Below are positions 52,401 to 61,522 of a DNA stretch of 64,000 bases, in pieces (position 1 is the stretch's first letter; each line of letters opens with the position of its first letter). Source of the DNA: Rhodothermales bacterium (lineage in GTDB: Bacteria; Bacteroidota; Rhodothermia; Rhodothermales; Bin80); the NCBI GenBank assembly GCA_951812585.1, contig OX638318.1:2978810-3042809 (forward strand), given 5' to 3'. Under the pieces are notes generated by a model, which saw only the letters and a list, made by a program, of their open reading frames with translations, made no database searches and was not told the origin of the DNA. Position numbers and translations under genes: made by a program.

Positions 52401-53491
52401 CCGTGGTCGAATCGGTCAATGGCGTGGACATAACCCAGGAAGCTACCGATCTAAAGGCGCTGGCACTGGTCACCATTGAAGGCCGCGTAGAGACGGCAGA
52501 CCAGCAGTTTGATGCTTCCTTTGATGGGACTGTCAGTCTGACCATCTTTGATGCGGAACGCCGCGTGATCATCCCGCCTGACATACGGCGGCATATGCCG
52601 AAGCCGTACTATCGCGTGCGGGAGGACCTCATCTGGGCGGGGCGCACCAGAGCCCGGTCCGGACGCTTCAAGGCCACTTTTGTCGTACCCAAGGACATTT
52701 CACACAGCAACAAGCCCGGCCGCATCTCGGTCTACGCAGCCAGCGGTCAAGAACATGCACAAGGATTCACGGAAAACATCATCGTGGGCGGCACCGCCAG
52801 CGAGATCCCGGACGACAATGATGGCCCGGTAATCGAGCTGTACCTGGGCGATGAGACGTTCGCTTCGGGCGGCCTTACGGCCAGTAGACCCGAAGTGCTG
52901 GCAAAGCTGTTCGATGAGAGCGGCATCAATACTGTCGGCGCTGGGGTCGGACACGAGATGCTGCTGATCATAGACGAGAACGAAGCCGATGCTGTCAATG
53001 TCGGTGCGCTCTATGAGAGCGAGGAAGATTCGTACCAGCGTGGCACCGTAGAATACCGCTTCAATGAATCCCTCTTGCCCGGCGCGCATACGATCACCAT
53101 GCGTGTGTGGGATGTGCTGAACAACTCCGCAACGAGCACACTGGAGTTTGTGGTCGCCGATGAGGCGCAGCTGCAGGTGCGTAATGTGCTGAACTACCCG
53201 AATCCCACCACGGGTCCGACACGCTTCGTCTTTGAGCATAACCAGCTGCCGGGCACGCTCGCGCGCGTGCAGGTCCGTATCTATTCGCTCAGCGGACGCC
53301 CCGTGCGGACGTTGGAAACAGAAGACGCACTGCCCGGCGGTGCCATGCAAATCATCTGGGACGGCACCGACGATGATTATGCCAGATTATCTCCAGGCGT
53401 GTATCTATACAGAGTGCGTGTGGAGGTTGATGCAGGGGACGGAGAGCGGCAGGTTTCGGAGGTCATTGAGAAGCTTGCCATCGTACGCTAA
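49472..53491 (+). CDS. porU: Type IX secretion system sortase PorU (gingipain-like C25 peptidase with its own CTD)
   Basis: Signal MRFITLSALAAAFALAANAQQ (GTG start). C25 catalytic His/Cys contexts FNFSGHGGENG and FVTATCSFGRWD. C-terminal CTD ...YPNPTTGPTRFVF...LSPGVYLYRVRV...KLAIVR. porV follows directly. Confidence 0.85.
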   Translation: MRFITLSALAAAFALAANAQQVRFRQVVQEASRAVYELNADWSSALGAEGASLDAEALRQLTYGGLFARTATLQLPTLEQPAVRVLVADYDEMQARVQPDVIHPLAPLPAEVVGIGLHRKVPAATVVLRTMTLDGSVLRRYRRLLVEVSWVDGPVARPASDNPHLSVTESVLSTGTVFKIPITREGIYQIDRAFLDALPGLSVSPGSIDPREVKVYGNGGAPVPALNSDPRPADLVEVQVFVHGGGDGSFDNGDAVWFYGAAPQGWHSVHLRDSRGELRFDNDGNPIVEWQHYVHPFSNENYYFIKIDEQESAELVQAAYPNVGGATALTQIVGRHFVDFDEFMWAQGGKSGHTWVSSRIEGTVLAVFDDQVLPGLLAGKVTYNARPAIRSNPPATVLFISDGVTVGTANFGATSGDATAPIARTGVVAFDQDVSANQRISMTMELESNAGGPQAALDWIRAYYPMATARDEVPVRLHTPLMTAGTFTITLTGFSSEPYVLDVTTPGSYEWLGIEQAGSDYRIQTTANDILVPRELIAFDAGQVTSLVAADVCPDDPGCRVPPQNLHGITTYPDFVIITPSVFAPQAAELADMRRSEGMIVEVVDILQIYNEFSGGLQDPRAIRDYLKFLYDRAPSESELLRYVLLFGDGHYNYRAINPEKNILPNWILPFETEESFIPEISYTTDDYFGLLDDNEGLWPFTRTSFYGASDYLNERVDLGIGRLTVITQQEAQAVIDKIKHYESPQTFGPWRKRYVFLADDGPTGPSGTQDDKDLHTQNTDVVAEVVEEVAPYIDQKKIYGISYPRVFRNGWRIPRAREDVLTALADGVLMFNFSGHGGENGLAQEDLFNAADATSLTNYDMLPIFVTATCSFGRWDQSDAQSGAEELMLNSSGGAIALLTTVRTVYTSGDATSLNVGLNVALNQELFRREPGGHMPRLGDALRLTKNTRVGYEGNNRKFNLLGDPTMRVGVPAAHAVVESVNGVDITQEATDLKALALVTIEGRVETADQQFDASFDGTVSLTIFDAERRVIIPPDIRRHMPKPYYRVREDLIWAGRTRARSGRFKATFVVPKDISHSNKPGRISVYAASGQEHAQGFTENIIVGGTASEIPDDNDGPVIELYLGDETFASGGLTASRPEVLAKLFDESGINTVGAGVGHEMLLIIDENEADAVNVGALYESEEDSYQRGTVEYRFNESLLPGAHTITMRVWDVLNNSATSTLEFVVADEAQLQVRNVLNYPNPTTGPTRFVFEHNQLPGTLARVQVRIYSLSGRPVRTLETEDALPGGAMQIIWDGTDDDYARLSPGVYLYRVRVEVDAGDGERQVSEVIEKLAIVR

Positions 53492-53512
53492 CAATCAAAA
53501 AAAAACACGGAA

Positions 53513-54703
53513 ATGCATTTTAGTTTTCGCAACCCTATGCGGGTCTCTGCCTTGACGCTGCTCTTGGCAGTCGGAACATGGTTTACGGCCCCAGCCCTGG
53601 CTCAGGTCGGTGGGACGGCCGTAGTGTTTCTGATGATCGAGCCGGACAGCCGCGCGGCCGGCATGGGCAACACGGGCGTGGCTATCGCCGACAACGCGAA
53701 TGCCATATTCTGGAACCCCGCAGGCCTGGCCGATCAGCGCGGCATGGAGTTCGGCATCACGCATTCCAACTGGCTCCCCGAATTCAACGCGGACCTCTAC
53801 TACGAGTACTTTGTTACCAAGCGCCATATCCGGGGTTTGGGGACGTTCGGCGGCCACCTGACCTACCTGTTTCTCGGGGAGCAGAACTATCGGGACGAAC
53901 AGAACAACGACCTGGGCACATTTAAGTCGTACGATATCGCCGCCGGGCTTTCGTGGGGGTTCAAGGCTACCAATAAGCTTTCCGTAGGGACCGGCATACG
54001 CCTGATCTATTCCAGCCTAGCCAACGTCAAAGTAGGAGCCCAACAGACCAATCCGGGCGTTTCCGCTGGCATGGATGTCGGCATGCTGTACAAGCTGCCA
54101 GAGTTCTGGCTGGGCCCGACCGCCGTGCAGTACAACGTCGGCTTGAACCTGGCCAACATGGGGCCCAAGATTCAGTATTCGGACAGCGAGCAGGGCGATC
54201 CCATACCAACCTACCTGCGGTTTGGGCATGCGATGACCTTTCAGTTTGACGATTACAACAAAATCACGCTAGCCAACGACTTTTCGAAGATGCTGGTGCG
54301 GCAGCGCATGACAGAAACCTGCATAGATCCCGCGGATACCGAAACCTGTACGGTGGGATACTATACGGATCCCTTCTACCAGGCCATTTTTTCGGCCTGG
54401 ACACCGATCTCAGTCAAAAGCGGTGCGGAGGACGACGAAGACCAGGTGCACGAGACGTTGTCCATTATTGACCAGCTGCTCATCGCTTCCGGCTTCGAAT
54501 ACTGGTACAAAAACCTGTTTGCTGCGCGCACTGGTTACTTTTACGAAAACCCATACAACGGAGACCGCCAGTTCTTGACCTTCGGCGCAGGCCTGCGTTA
54601 CAACATCGTGGGCGTGGACTTCTCCTATATATATGCGCTGGAAGAGAATCATCCACTCGCCAACACGATGCGGTTCTCGCTGCTGTTGAAACTTGGCCGC
54701 TAA
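53513..54703 (+). CDS. porV: T9SS outer-membrane channel/shuttle protein PorV (LptO)
   Basis: 396 aa with the signature EPDSRAAGMGNTGVAIADNANAIFWNPAGLA. It looks like a beta-barrel and sits immediately downstream of porU. Confidence 0.85.
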   Translation: MHFSFRNPMRVSALTLLLAVGTWFTAPALAQVGGTAVVFLMIEPDSRAAGMGNTGVAIADNANAIFWNPAGLADQRGMEFGITHSNWLPEFNADLYYEYFVTKRHIRGLGTFGGHLTYLFLGEQNYRDEQNNDLGTFKSYDIAAGLSWGFKATNKLSVGTGIRLIYSSLANVKVGAQQTNPGVSAGMDVGMLYKLPEFWLGPTAVQYNVGLNLANMGPKIQYSDSEQGDPIPTYLRFGHAMTFQFDDYNKITLANDFSKMLVRQRMTETCIDPADTETCTVGYYTDPFYQAIFSAWTPISVKSGAEDDEDQVHETLSIIDQLLIASGFEYWYKNLFAARTGYFYENPYNGDRQFLTFGAGLRYNIVGVDFSYIYALEENHPLANTMRFSLLLKLGR

Positions 54704-54711
54704 GGTGGCGC

Positions 54712-57633
54712 ATGCATATGGGCATTAGAGCCCTGTGCATAGTACTGTTGGCGAGCGGTGCAGCGCAAAGCGTCCCTGGGCAGACGCACTATGATGTTAT
54801 TGCGCTGCGGGTGGAGTTTCAGCCGGATACAACGCGCTACACCACCGGCGATGGCACCTTTGCAGGTCTGCACTGGGGCCTTGATCCCAAGGTGGATCCG
54901 TTGCCGCACGGCGCGCCCTACTTTGCGGCGCATCTTGCCTTTCTGGCAGACTATGTCGAGACCGTCTCCAGCGGGCATGCGACGTTGGCTGCCCATCTGG
55001 TGCCCCATGTTGTGCGCGTCGCGCACCAGATGGGAGCCTACAGTCCGGTTGGCCCAGAGGCGGACAGCGATGCGGAGCGCGTCAAGCTGGCACGCCTGGT
55101 CCAGGAGGCGTGGTCCCTAGCGGACACCAGCGGCTTCAGCTTCGCTGGTTTCACGCCTGAGCGCACTTTCTTCGTGCTCTTCCATGCGGGTATCGGTCGA
55201 GATGTGGAGCTGCTCGGCACAGTCTTGGAAAAGACGCCGCTGGACTTGCCATCGCTGTTCTTCAGCGAGGCTGCACTACAGCGGCTGGGCGTCACAGGAC
55301 TCGCCTACGGCGCCCTGCCCATCACGCATACCGCGATCATCCCGCGTACGGAGTCGCGCCTGGGCTACAACAGCATCACGCAGGATTCGCTGCTTTTGGA
55401 GCTCTCCATCAACGGCTTGCTGGCGTCCAGCTTTCTGAGCTATCTGGGCGTGCCCGATCTCTTCAACACGGCTACCGGCGCTTCCGCTATCGGTGGCTTT
55501 GGCGTTATGGATCCGCAGGGCATCTTTGCCTATGCGGGGCTGTTTCCGCCGGCACCCACGGCGTGGACGCGGGCGCGCCTGGGCTGGCATACACCCGTGC
55601 AGCTGTCTGGACAGGGCCCCGTGGAAGTCACACTGTCTACGGGTGAAATCGCGCGGGCGGGCATATCCGCGGCAGAGTACTTTCTGATTGAAAACCGCCA
55701 GCGTGACCCGGAGGGGGACGGGCTGGTGCTGCGCGTGTGGCAGGATGGCCAGGTGGTAGAGCAGCATGTGGAAGCCATCACCGATGACTTCAACCGCTTC
55801 AGCGTGGATGGCTTTGTGGGCGGCGTCGTGGTGGGCGTGGACCACTATGACTTTGCGCTGCCGGGCTGGGATGCGGACGGCAACCAGTATCAGGGCGGCA
55901 TGCTCATCTGGCATGTAGACGAGCAGGTGATCAAGACGGGCCAGATCAACGCCGATCCGCTTCGGCGCGGTGTGGCGCTCGAAGAAGCCGATGCGGCGCA
56001 AGACCTTGGCTTCGACAACACTGCCGGCGCGCCCTTCGACTTTTTCTTCGAGGGCAATCCTGTGCGCGCCGTTCTGCCGAGCGGCCGCGAAATCCGTTTC
56101 TACGAAAACCGTTTTGGACCTGCCACCACGCCATCGAGTGCTTCGAATGCCGGCGGCGAAAGTTTCATCGTGTTTGAGGACTTCTCTGCGCCAGGCCCCG
56201 AGATGCAATTCGTATACCGTATGGAGTCTGCGCACGGCATCAGCCTTGTTTCGGACATTGGCCTTGATGCCAGCATACCGCGCGGCAGCTCGGTTGGCGG
56301 CGGCAATGGATTCTCCTTTGTGTTCGAAAATAGCAGCACCCCGCGTGTGCATGTAGCGGCTGACGGGTCGGTGGCGACGGTACCATCACTGGTTCGCCCC
56401 CTGGCGGTGCAAAACACGCTCACAACTCTGGAAAGAGGCGCAACGGGCGCACTGGTACTGCGGACGTACGAAGTGCCTGGCCTGGCTGTGCGGCGCACCT
56501 ACACGCTGCCAGCGGCGCTGGCCGGTTACCGCATTAGGGGTCCACTTGTGGGCGCACAAGATGGCGCGGTGCATGTGCTGCTGGATAGTGCTGTGGAATC
56601 TGTCGTAGTAGTTTTGCGGGACGATGGCGCGCAAGCGGTGCACCCCTTACCGCCGGGCGGGCAGTCGCTGGCGGTGTCGCCCGAAGGTGCGGTCCTGGTG
56701 ACAGCGGCCACGTACGTGCGCATGATCACGGGCGAGGAACTCTGGACGTTTGACGAAGGTGGCCCCGCGGCCTATGCATCCAGTCGGGACGGCGTGTGGG
56801 GTGCCATGGTCCTGCCAGCGCGCAACCGTATCCGCATACTCGCCACCGGGCAGCGAACCTGGACCATTGATGTGGCCGCGTATGTCGGAGAGGTGCCGCT
56901 GGGCGAGTACGTCACGCTGGCTGATGTTGATGGCGACGATACGCCTGAGATCCTGTCCACCGCCGGGCCCTACCTGCTCGGCTTCACGCAGGGTGGTGCG
57001 ATGGCACCGGGCTTTCCGCTGCAGATGGATGTACCGCTAAGTACGCCGCCCCTGGCAGTCAGGCGATCATCAGGTCAGGCGGTAATAATCGTCGGGGCGC
57101 GCAGCGGTGTTGTCTACGCGGTGGAGCAGGGGCGTCCGATTCCTGGGTTTCCCCTGACGGCGGGGGCGAACCTGTCGGCAGCCCCCCGCCTATCGGAGGG
57201 GCACCTTGAGGTAGCGACCGGCGCGGGGCTGCTTCGCACGTATGCCATTGGAGAGACCGGAGCTGTGCTCTGGGGAGAGCGGCACGCGGGCCCAGGCAAT
57301 GCGGGGTTTGCTGCGCCTGTTGCGGGCGGCGAGCCGCCGAACGGCGAGCGGCTCCTGGTGGCAGGCGAATCTTACAACTGGCCCAATCCGATCCGCCGCG
57401 GCAACACCTTTGTGCGCCTGATGGCGACGGAAGACGCGACGGTGGAGCTCACAGTAGTGGATCTCGCCGGGACGGTGGTGCACGAAGCAGCCTTCGAGGT
57501 GCTTGGCGGCAGCCCCGCCGAATATCAGTGGCGTGCCACGGTCGCAAGCGGCCTGTACTATGCGCGCATACGAGCTACTGCCGCAGACGGACGCCAGGAC
57601 ACGCAACTGGTCAGGATGGCGGTGATACGATGA
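54712..57633 (+). CDS. T9SS cargo-type protein: M6 (InhA)-like domain with a degenerate active site, FG-GAP/propeller-like region and CTD
   Basis: M6-like blocks VIALRVEFQPD, FVLFHAGIGRD, EYFLIENRQ and GMLIWHVDE. The expected HExxHxLGLPDxYD position reads ASSFLSYLGVPDLFN. Also contains ADVDGDDTPEIL. C-terminal CTD NWPNPIRRGNTFVRL...SGLYYARI...RMAVIR. Confidence 0.7.
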   Translation: MHMGIRALCIVLLASGAAQSVPGQTHYDVIALRVEFQPDTTRYTTGDGTFAGLHWGLDPKVDPLPHGAPYFAAHLAFLADYVETVSSGHATLAAHLVPHVVRVAHQMGAYSPVGPEADSDAERVKLARLVQEAWSLADTSGFSFAGFTPERTFFVLFHAGIGRDVELLGTVLEKTPLDLPSLFFSEAALQRLGVTGLAYGALPITHTAIIPRTESRLGYNSITQDSLLLELSINGLLASSFLSYLGVPDLFNTATGASAIGGFGVMDPQGIFAYAGLFPPAPTAWTRARLGWHTPVQLSGQGPVEVTLSTGEIARAGISAAEYFLIENRQRDPEGDGLVLRVWQDGQVVEQHVEAITDDFNRFSVDGFVGGVVVGVDHYDFALPGWDADGNQYQGGMLIWHVDEQVIKTGQINADPLRRGVALEEADAAQDLGFDNTAGAPFDFFFEGNPVRAVLPSGREIRFYENRFGPATTPSSASNAGGESFIVFEDFSAPGPEMQFVYRMESAHGISLVSDIGLDASIPRGSSVGGGNGFSFVFENSSTPRVHVAADGSVATVPSLVRPLAVQNTLTTLERGATGALVLRTYEVPGLAVRRTYTLPAALAGYRIRGPLVGAQDGAVHVLLDSAVESVVVVLRDDGAQAVHPLPPGGQSLAVSPEGAVLVTAATYVRMITGEELWTFDEGGPAAYASSRDGVWGAMVLPARNRIRILATGQRTWTIDVAAYVGEVPLGEYVTLADVDGDDTPEILSTAGPYLLGFTQGGAMAPGFPLQMDVPLSTPPLAVRRSSGQAVIIVGARSGVVYAVEQGRPIPGFPLTAGANLSAAPRLSEGHLEVATGAGLLRTYAIGETGAVLWGERHAGPGNAGFAAPVAGGEPPNGERLLVAGESYNWPNPIRRGNTFVRLMATEDATVELTVVDLAGTVVHEAAFEVLGGSPAEYQWRATVASGLYYARIRATAADGRQDTQLVRMAVIR

Positions 57634-60600
57634 AGGTGGTGCGCATTGTTGTGATCGCGGCATTAGCCCTGGGCGTCCAATGCACCTGGGGTCAGGTATC
57701 GGTGTCCCTCATGGACTTTGCGCGGCCGGGCCTCGTGTGGCATGCCCTGGAAACGGAGCACTTCACGGTGCTGTATCACGAGGGCGGTTCGGGCGGCAGC
57801 AGCGCGCGCTCAGCGCACGAGGTCGCCCGCATTGCCGAAACGGTCTACGGCCCCATCACGGCGCTGTATGGCCACGAGCCCAGCGGCAAGGTCCACATCA
57901 TTCTGAAGGATTACGAAGACTACTCCAATGGAGCTGCGTACTTCTACGACAACAAGATTGAGATCTGGGCTCCGGCCTTGGATTCGCCCCTGCGCGGCGA
58001 CCATGCCTGGCTGGAGAATGTGGTAGCGCATGAGTTCACCCACATCGTGCAGGTGCAGGCGGCTATGAAGATGCCGCGGGCATTGCCTTTTGCCTACCTG
58101 CAGGTGTTGGATTATGAAAACATCAAGAGGCCCGATGTGCTCTACGGGTTTCCTGATGTGATTGTCAGCTATCCGATAGCAGGGCTGAGTAACCCAGCCT
58201 GGTTCGCAGAAGGCACGGCGCAGTATCAGCGTGCGTTCCTGTCTTATGATCGGTGGGATACGCACCGCGACATGATGCTGCGGACCCGGGTGCTGGCAGA
58301 TGAGGCGCTATCGCTTGCAGAGATGGGCAGCTTCTACTCCAAGAGCAGCTTGATGCGAGAAGGGGTATACAACCATGGCTATGCCTTTACACGGTATCTG
58401 GCCCGCACGTATGGCGAAGGGATCCTTGCTGATCTCAGCCGGGCGTTGGCTGCCTGGCGCCACTGGAATATGGAGCGGGCGCTCAGCGAAGTCACGGGCC
58501 AAAGCGCTGATGCAGTCTACGCAGGCTGGATGGACGGCCTGGAGGCTGCCTACGCGAGCAGCACCCGCACGCTGCGCAGCGCCCTCGTCCAGGGCGAATT
58601 GGTGGAAGCACAGGGCCATGCGAACTACTACCCGGCGTTTTCGCCCGACGGCACGCAGTTAGCATACGTCTCCAGTGGCAACAGGCACTACGGTCAGACC
58701 AGCCTCCATGTGCGCGATTTGGAAAGCGGTGACCAGGCGATCCTCGACCTGGGCACGGTTTCCTTGTCCGACTATACCTGTGCATGGGGGCACAGGCTCC
58801 GCCAGAATGTGGGCGGGGCGGTAACGTGGCGGCCTGATGGCGAGGCGCTGGTGTATGCGCGCCGCCGAGCGACGCGCGCCGGCTACTTGTATAGCGACCT
58901 GTACGAGATGACGCTGGACACGAAAAAGGAAGTTCGCCTGACACATAATGCGCGGGCATCGCACCCCGCGTTTGGGCCCGACGGGCATCGCATCGCGTTC
59001 GTTGCGCAGGTGGATGGCAGCACGAATCTGCGCATCTTCGACAAAGCCTCGGGCGCTATTTCTTCAGTCACGTCATTTGACGATGGCACGCAGGTCAGCG
59101 ATCCTGTATGGCACGGCGACTGGATCTATTTCGCACGCCGCGAGCCGGGTGCGCATGGGCGCGATGTGTGGCGTGCCAGGGCGGACGGCTCTGTCCTGGA
59201 AAGCGTGCTTTCCACGCCGGCAGATGAGCGCGCACCGGCATTCTCGGGGGACGTCTTGTACTACAGCAGCGATGCAACGGGCATCTACAACATCTATCGC
59301 CATGCGGGCGGTGCATCGGAGCAGCTGACACAAGTGCTGGGCGGCGCCTTCATGCCTGCGATACGGGCGGATGGGGCCATTGCCTATGCGCACTACCAGT
59401 GGGATGGCTACAAGATTGCGCTCTTGAGTCGACCCGCTCCGCTCCGGACATCCGTACAGTACCAAGTGCCGGAGATGCTGGGCAAGCCGATGGCGGAGCC
59501 GGACCACTCGCACCCCGTGGCAGCGGCCCTGATCGACACGACACGGCACTACCGGGCAGATTTCACGGAGTTCAGCTTTTTTCCGGTGCTGCGCCTGGAT
59601 CAGTATGTGTCGCGGCGGGCCGACCATCTGGACCGCAGGCTACCGCAGCGCAGTGCCGCGCGTACGCTCTTTCGCAACACCAAGCTTGGCTTCTATACCT
59701 CGAGCCGTGAAATGCTGGAGGGGATGAGCTTGTTTGCCGGGCTTCTGGTGGGACCTGCGTCACAGCCCGTCACCTCTTTCGGCGATGCCATCTCGCCATC
59801 CAACCTACTTTCGCTGGAGCGTGATGCCTTTCTGCTCTTTGACTACAAGCGCGGCCTGAATCTGGTGCCGACGCGCTGGTCTCCGCAGTTCTCGGTGGAA
59901 CTGTACAACATCCGCCGACGCGTAGAGAACGGGCTCTCGATAGAGGAATTTCCGTGTACGGCATGCTTTCCAGACACGACCCTGGTGGACCTCACGTACG
60001 CGCTCTGGGAGGGCAGTCTTTATGCCCGAAGCAAGGTGACGCGCAACGTAGTCATAGAGGCGGGGTATCGCTACAGCCCCTATCGCGTCACGACGGATCA
60101 GTTCTTCTCGCGCGAGCTGCTTACCTCCATTCCCAAGTCGGCGTCGCGTTATTTCATTGGCCGTACGCGCCTTTTGAAGGTGTATTTTGAGGCCCTGACC
60201 CCGCATCGCGAGGCAGATGTGCTGCCTCTTGGGATTACGGTCGATCTTGCGTACGAGCACGAAGCCGGTCGCTTGCTTGACCGGTTTGACATCCGCAATG
60301 GGCTACTGGTCCCGGTATACCAGAAGGAGCGCTTCCATCGCCTCAGGGTGGACGCCACGGCGGCCGCGCGGCTGCCGGGACGCGTGCGGGGCGCAGCGCA
60401 TGGGTTGGCTGTCCGCCTACGCGGGTCTGCGATTCTGGGAAAGAGCCTCGACAACTTCTACAACGACTATGTGGGCGGGCTCACGGCCGCGCGCGGGTAT
60501 CCGTTTTATGCCCTTGGCGGCAGCAAGACGTTGTGGTTCCAGGCCGCGTACACCATGCCGATCCTGCCTGACATCGGGATGCAGGTGCTCTCAGTGTATC

Positions 60601-60872
60601 TTGACAAGGCGTTCCTGCGGGTGTACACCGATGGGGCTGCTGTATGGCCTGGGTCGGGCGCATTGCGCCGGGACGCTGGTTTGGAGCTGCGCCTGAAGCT
60701 CGGTTCCTACTATCTGCTTCCCACCGCGCTGTTCGCCAGCGCAACGTACGGACTAGATGCGTTTGATTATGAGCTGGACGAAGGTTTTGTCACGCCTACG
60801 GGGGCGCGCACCGTCCGCTACGGGAAGGAGTGGCAGTGGCACTTTGGCGTCTTGTTCGGGTTTGATCTATAG
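57630..60872 (+). CDS. Multi-domain outer-membrane protein: MA-type HExxH peptidase domain, TolB/PD40 beta-propeller repeats and an Omp85-like C-terminal beta-barrel
   Basis: ATG 57630 overlaps the upstream TGA (ATGA). Signal MKVVRIVVIAALALGVQCTWGQ. HEFTH at 58029-58043 and a downstream WFAEGTAQY (gluzincin Glu). PD40-like repeats PAFSPDGTQLAYVS, WRPDGEALVY and PAFGPDGHRIAFVA. The C-terminal ~450 aa are beta-rich, with GGLTAARGYPF and a terminal ...FGVLFGFDL. Confidence 0.7.
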   Translation: MKVVRIVVIAALALGVQCTWGQVSVSLMDFARPGLVWHALETEHFTVLYHEGGSGGSSARSAHEVARIAETVYGPITALYGHEPSGKVHIILKDYEDYSNGAAYFYDNKIEIWAPALDSPLRGDHAWLENVVAHEFTHIVQVQAAMKMPRALPFAYLQVLDYENIKRPDVLYGFPDVIVSYPIAGLSNPAWFAEGTAQYQRAFLSYDRWDTHRDMMLRTRVLADEALSLAEMGSFYSKSSLMREGVYNHGYAFTRYLARTYGEGILADLSRALAAWRHWNMERALSEVTGQSADAVYAGWMDGLEAAYASSTRTLRSALVQGELVEAQGHANYYPAFSPDGTQLAYVSSGNRHYGQTSLHVRDLESGDQAILDLGTVSLSDYTCAWGHRLRQNVGGAVTWRPDGEALVYARRRATRAGYLYSDLYEMTLDTKKEVRLTHNARASHPAFGPDGHRIAFVAQVDGSTNLRIFDKASGAISSVTSFDDGTQVSDPVWHGDWIYFARREPGAHGRDVWRARADGSVLESVLSTPADERAPAFSGDVLYYSSDATGIYNIYRHAGGASEQLTQVLGGAFMPAIRADGAIAYAHYQWDGYKIALLSRPAPLRTSVQYQVPEMLGKPMAEPDHSHPVAAALIDTTRHYRADFTEFSFFPVLRLDQYVSRRADHLDRRLPQRSAARTLFRNTKLGFYTSSREMLEGMSLFAGLLVGPASQPVTSFGDAISPSNLLSLERDAFLLFDYKRGLNLVPTRWSPQFSVELYNIRRRVENGLSIEEFPCTACFPDTTLVDLTYALWEGSLYARSKVTRNVVIEAGYRYSPYRVTTDQFFSRELLTSIPKSASRYFIGRTRLLKVYFEALTPHREADVLPLGITVDLAYEHEAGRLLDRFDIRNGLLVPVYQKERFHRLRVDATAAARLPGRVRGAAHGLAVRLRGSAILGKSLDNFYNDYVGGLTAARGYPFYALGGSKTLWFQAAYTMPILPDIGMQVLSVYLDKAFLRVYTDGAAVWPGSGALRRDAGLELRLKLGSYYLLPTALFASATYGLDAFDYELDEGFVTPTGARTVRYGKEWQWHFGVLFGFDL

Positions 60873-60892
60873 CATACTGCCGCCTCGTTGCC

Positions 60893-61522
60893 ATGACAGG
60901 ACTCGTTGTTGTTGCCGCCTGCATGATTGCCATCGGCATTGTCTTTCTGTGGCTTCTGCTGCATCGCAATGCTGGGCTCCGGCCCCGGGGCGGACTGGAA
61001 TGGACGGGCACCATCATGTCGGGCCTCCTCATCGTGTGCGCAGGATTTCTTATGGCGCTGGCCTTGGCTGGCGAAGAGCAGGAAGATACGGCCCGGCGTG
61101 GTGTTGGCCGGCCTGCGAGCGACATCGCCTTCAAGCTGCTTTCCAACGATGCGCCGCAGCGGCTGTCGGACTACAGCGGCCAGGTCGTGCTGCTCAACTT
61201 CTGGGCCACCTGGTGCCAGCCCTGCATCACCGAGCTACCCGAGCTAGATAAGCTCCACGATGATTATGCGGAGCGGGGCCTGGCTGTTGTTACGCTTTCC
61301 GATGAACCACGGGACGTGTTGGATATGTTCGAAGATCTGTGGCCCAAGCAGACAGTCTCGGGGTATGTTGCGCTGGATGCGGTGCCCGAGCCGTACTACA
61401 GCGAGCTCGTCCTGGGTCGGCCCATCTCGTATGTGATTGACCGCGAAGGCGTCGTGCGCGAGTTCATTGTGGGAGCAGGCAATTACGACATGTTTGAGCG
61501 CTTCATCCGCCCCTATATCTGA
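60893..61522 (+). CDS. TlpA-family thiol:disulfide oxidoreductase (membrane-anchored thioredoxin-like)
   Basis: N-terminal TM segments and the LLNFWATWCQPC CxxC motif. Confidence 0.85.
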   Translation: MTGLVVVAACMIAIGIVFLWLLLHRNAGLRPRGGLEWTGTIMSGLLIVCAGFLMALALAGEEQEDTARRGVGRPASDIAFKLLSNDAPQRLSDYSGQVVLLNFWATWCQPCITELPELDKLHDDYAERGLAVVTLSDEPRDVLDMFEDLWPKQTVSGYVALDAVPEPYYSELVLGRPISYVIDREGVVREFIVGAGNYDMFERFIRPYI

